The notes beneath the pieces were generated by a model. The model worked only from the letters and a program-made list of their open reading frames with translations, searched no databases and had not been told where the DNA came from. The position numbers and the translations under genes are program-made. Below, in pieces: positions 44,102 to 45,803 of a stretch of 45,803 bases of DNA; position 1 is the stretch's first letter; every line of letters begins with the position of its first letter. Source of the DNA: Candidatus Moraniibacteriota bacterium (GTDB lineage Bacteria > Patescibacteriota > Minisyncoccia > Moranbacterales > UBA1568); assembly GCA_049294475.1 (NCBI GenBank), contig JBAQCV010000021.1, forward strand, positions 1 to 45,803, in the 5' to 3' direction.

Positions 44102-44136
44102 CCCACTTCCTCCCACTTTGGTTCAACTAGTCCCCA
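44102..44136 (-). promoter_or_regulatory. candidate MraZ operator (phased GTGGG repeats)
   Basis: The minus strand reads AATGGGGACT AGTTGAACCA AAGTGGGAGG AAGTGGGGAA. AAGTGGG occurs at an exact 10-bp period (plus CCCAC at 44102 and 44112), about 145-175 nt upstream of mraZ. Confidence 0.55.
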
Positions 44137-44251
44137 TTCTACGCCACCCTATGGGAAGCCGTCAACCCAGAAGTTATGCACATTTTATGCACCGAAAAAC
44201 AGCCGTTTCAGAGCCATAATTCCGGATAGCCTGATCCAACGCGACAGGCAC

Positions 44252-44288
44252 ACCGGGTATCCTCTCCATCGAGGGTATCCGGTTTTTC
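44252..44288 (+). terminator. plus-strand-specific intrinsic terminator/attenuator hairpin
   Basis: ACCGGGTATCCTC (44252-44264) pairs with GAGGGTATCCGGT (44271-44283): 13 bp including 2 G-U pairs that exist only in plus-strand RNA. TTTTT follows. It lies 45 nt upstream of the 44333 ATG. Confidence 0.65.
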
Positions 44289-44332
44289 ATTTTCCGTGAC
44301 AAAACGCTGCAGGGATGATACATTTTCGATAG

Positions 44333-44809
44333 ATGCCATTCGAAGCGATCCTTATGCCGCAGACATATTCCAAAAACGTACAGACTGTCATCGATATCCT
44401 CCGGGACGAAGTACGCGGTGATGTGAAAAGCGCGCTCAAAAAGATGACCGGCGACTACACCATGACATGGGTATATGAATCAAAAAATGGCTCTTTATTT
44501 CCGAAAACCGCCGTCTCGAAAGGAGCTGACCTGGATGATGCGTACATCGTCAAGGGGAGAAAGTACGAAATCATGCACATCGCCGAAGGAAACAACGTGG
44601 TGATAGTCGAGATGATCGAATCATATCCCGATCCGGATACGAAAAAAGTCTACCGCACCCCGCTCATCCTCGTCCTCGAGATGAAAAACGGGAAAATAGA
44701 GACGGGCCGCCACTACTGCGATCCGCGCCTTTCCTATCGTCATCTCACCCCCGCTCAGACGAAAAAAGCTTTCGCAAAAAATCAGAAACCTCGGCTCGTA
44801 ATCGGATAG
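44333..44809 (+). CDS. NTF2/SnoaL-like fold protein (hypothetical)
   Basis: 158-aa ORF. Size and pattern (DYTMTWVYES..., NVVIVEMIES..., LVLEMKNGKIETGRHYCD) suggest an NTF2-like alpha+beta cone. An alternative start is at 44354. Confidence 0.5.
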   Translation: MPFEAILMPQTYSKNVQTVIDILRDEVRGDVKSALKKMTGDYTMTWVYESKNGSLFPKTAVSKGADLDDAYIVKGRKYEIMHIAEGNNVVIVEMIESYPDPDTKKVYRTPLILVLEMKNGKIETGRHYCDPRLSYRHLTPAQTKKAFAKNQKPRLVIG

Positions 44810-44857
44810 ACCGCGGCTCTCGCGCTTCAAACAAGAAACTCCGCACAGTCCGGCCTG

Positions 44858-45112
44858 TCAACGCGCCGGCGGGGAGGAGATGAGATCGAGTTTCTGGCTG
44901 CGGGATAATCTCTTGATGCGGGATTCGGCTCGGGAGGCGGTCGAGCGCGTTCGGAACTTTTTGGAATAAACGAGTTGGACCGGCCGGCGGCCCCGCGTGT
45001 ATTTCGCCCCGAGCGCCGAGCTATTGTGCTCGGTGGTTCGCCTCTTCAAGTCCACCGTAATCCCCGCATACAGCGTCCCGTCCGCGCACTGGAGGATATA
45101 GAGGTGATACAT
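44858..45112 (-). CDS. GIY-YIG nuclease family protein (YhbQ/UPF0213-like)
   Basis: 84-aa ORF: MYHLYILQCADGTLYAGITVDLKRRTTEHN... Confidence 0.85.
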   Translation of the reverse strand: MYHLYILQCADGTLYAGITVDLKRRTTEHNSSALGAKYTRGRRPVQLVYSKKFRTRSTASRAESRIKRLSRSQKLDLISSPPAR

Positions 45113-45160
45113 GGTGTAGGTGTATGATGTATGATTTGAAGATGGTGGGGTTTGAGAGGA

Positions 45161-45583
45161 TCAAGTAGAATGGTGCGACTGATAGACAAAGTCGTTGCAC
45201 CCATTCGGCTCCTTATCTTTCGCGAACCCATTCTTGAGCCAGAACCCCTCGCTCGGTTCCTGTACCTGTACCGCCCGTATATCATTGAAATCATTTTCCT
45301 TCGCCCAAAGCAATAACTGCTGGATCGCCTTGCTTCCATATCCTTGACCAGTCTGACTCTCCGGTAGCGTGGTGATGTTGGTAATGACGAGATCGGCTCC
45401 GCTGTAATCATTAAGAAGGATTCGTATAGTCGTCACACCTTCGCCAAAAGCGAACGTCACTTTCCACGCGCCTTGCTCGCGCGGATCCGGCTCGATATTC
45501 GCCCCATATTTTTTGAGAGCCTCTATAGCCGTATCCTTCTCCGCGCCTCCCGACATATTTTCAAACTCAGATCTTTCTGACAT
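45161..45583 (-). CDS. GNAT-family N-acetyltransferase-like protein
   Basis: 140-aa ORF with an acetyl-CoA-binding-like motif QTGQGYGSKAIQQLLLWAKEN and a trailing FWLKNGF. Confidence 0.6.
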   Translation of the reverse strand: MSERSEFENMSGGAEKDTAIEALKKYGANIEPDPREQGAWKVTFAFGEGVTTIRILLNDYSGADLVITNITTLPESQTGQGYGSKAIQQLLLWAKENDFNDIRAVQVQEPSEGFWLKNGFAKDKEPNGCNDFVYQSHHST

Positions 45584-45653
45584 AGTTTTTTATACCCCTA
45601 TCATACACCCGGGATTCCGGTTCCGAAAACTCCACACCCCTTTTCTTTTTCTC

Positions 45654-45803
45654 CTACTGACAATTCAAGGCTTTGCGCCAACCGGCGGCTTGCGCTTCGA
45701 CTTCCGAACAGAACCACTGTTCACCACGGCTTTCTTCAATAGTTGTTTTGGCATACGAACCGCAACCAACCAGATGATAAATTTTTTCGTCGGTGGCACT
45801 GAT
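45654..45803 (-). CDS. C-terminal fragment of a protein ending in a YH..C...F.S..EA.AAGWR..C-type small domain (gene starts beyond the right edge)
   Basis: Hand translation of the minus strand gives [49 protein letters not shown], with the stop at 45654-45656. It is open to the window edge. Confidence 0.6.
   Translation of the reverse strand: MSATDEKIYHLVGCGSYAKTTIEESRGEQWFCSEVEAQAAGWRKALNCQ

Noticed and set aside
44093-44299. 68-aa plus-strand ORF in the mraZ upstream region as a possible small protein.
   Set aside because: It has Pro/Ser/His-rich composition and no ribosome-binding site. It spans the MraZ-box repeats and the terminator hairpin, so the region is better explained as regulatory or non-coding.
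1-45803. Alternative genetic code (UGA recoding, as in some candidate phyla).
   Set aside because: Family-length ORFs terminate normally. UGA is used as a functional stop in ATGA overlaps (3483-3486, 4700-4703, 40203-40206). No conserved protein is broken by in-frame UGA.

Overview
45.8-kb bacterial chromosomal window with no rRNA, tRNA, CRISPR array, integrase or transposase visible. About 45 genes are called, and all but two lie on the minus strand. The GC-rich part (about 8.6-45.8 kb) carries housekeeping and envelope genes. These include a fragmentary dcw cluster (mraZ-rsmH-ftsL-ftsI-murF, with no murE), lepA, trxA, pcm, mltG, murJ, glyA and galU. It also carries a dTDP-rhamnose set (rfbA, rfbD, rfbB, rfbC), three GT4 glycosyltransferases, a Wzz-like protein and a DUF4012-like protein. 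argS runs off the left edge. A patchy AT-rich segment (about 1.1-8.6 kb) holds the most interesting locus. It is a translationally coupled four-gene operon: a ThrC-like PLP enzyme, a PGM1-like ATP-grasp ligase, an enolase-superfamily dipeptide epimerase and an M20 peptidase. I cannot assign it to a known pathway. The same segment has a frameshifted acyltransferase-like gene with a U UUU UUA slippery site, an alpha/beta hydrolase, and a duplicated terminator repeat. One copy of that repeat is split by a 109-bp MITE-like insertion with terminal inverted repeats and a TCAA duplication. Further right are a class II Fic protein, an S51 peptidase, and a fused TrpE(G) anthranilate synthase behind a clear T-box riboswitch next to an AroQ chorismate-mutase-like gene. 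An OMP-like beta-barrel protein, a Cas4/RecB-like nuclease, an RfbD with a CCGGGCC insertion, several long palindromes and an orphan plus-strand terminator also stand out. The gene content resembles Patescibacteria/CPR, but that is inference only. Long plus-strand ORFs in the track are antisense shadows of the minus-strand genes.
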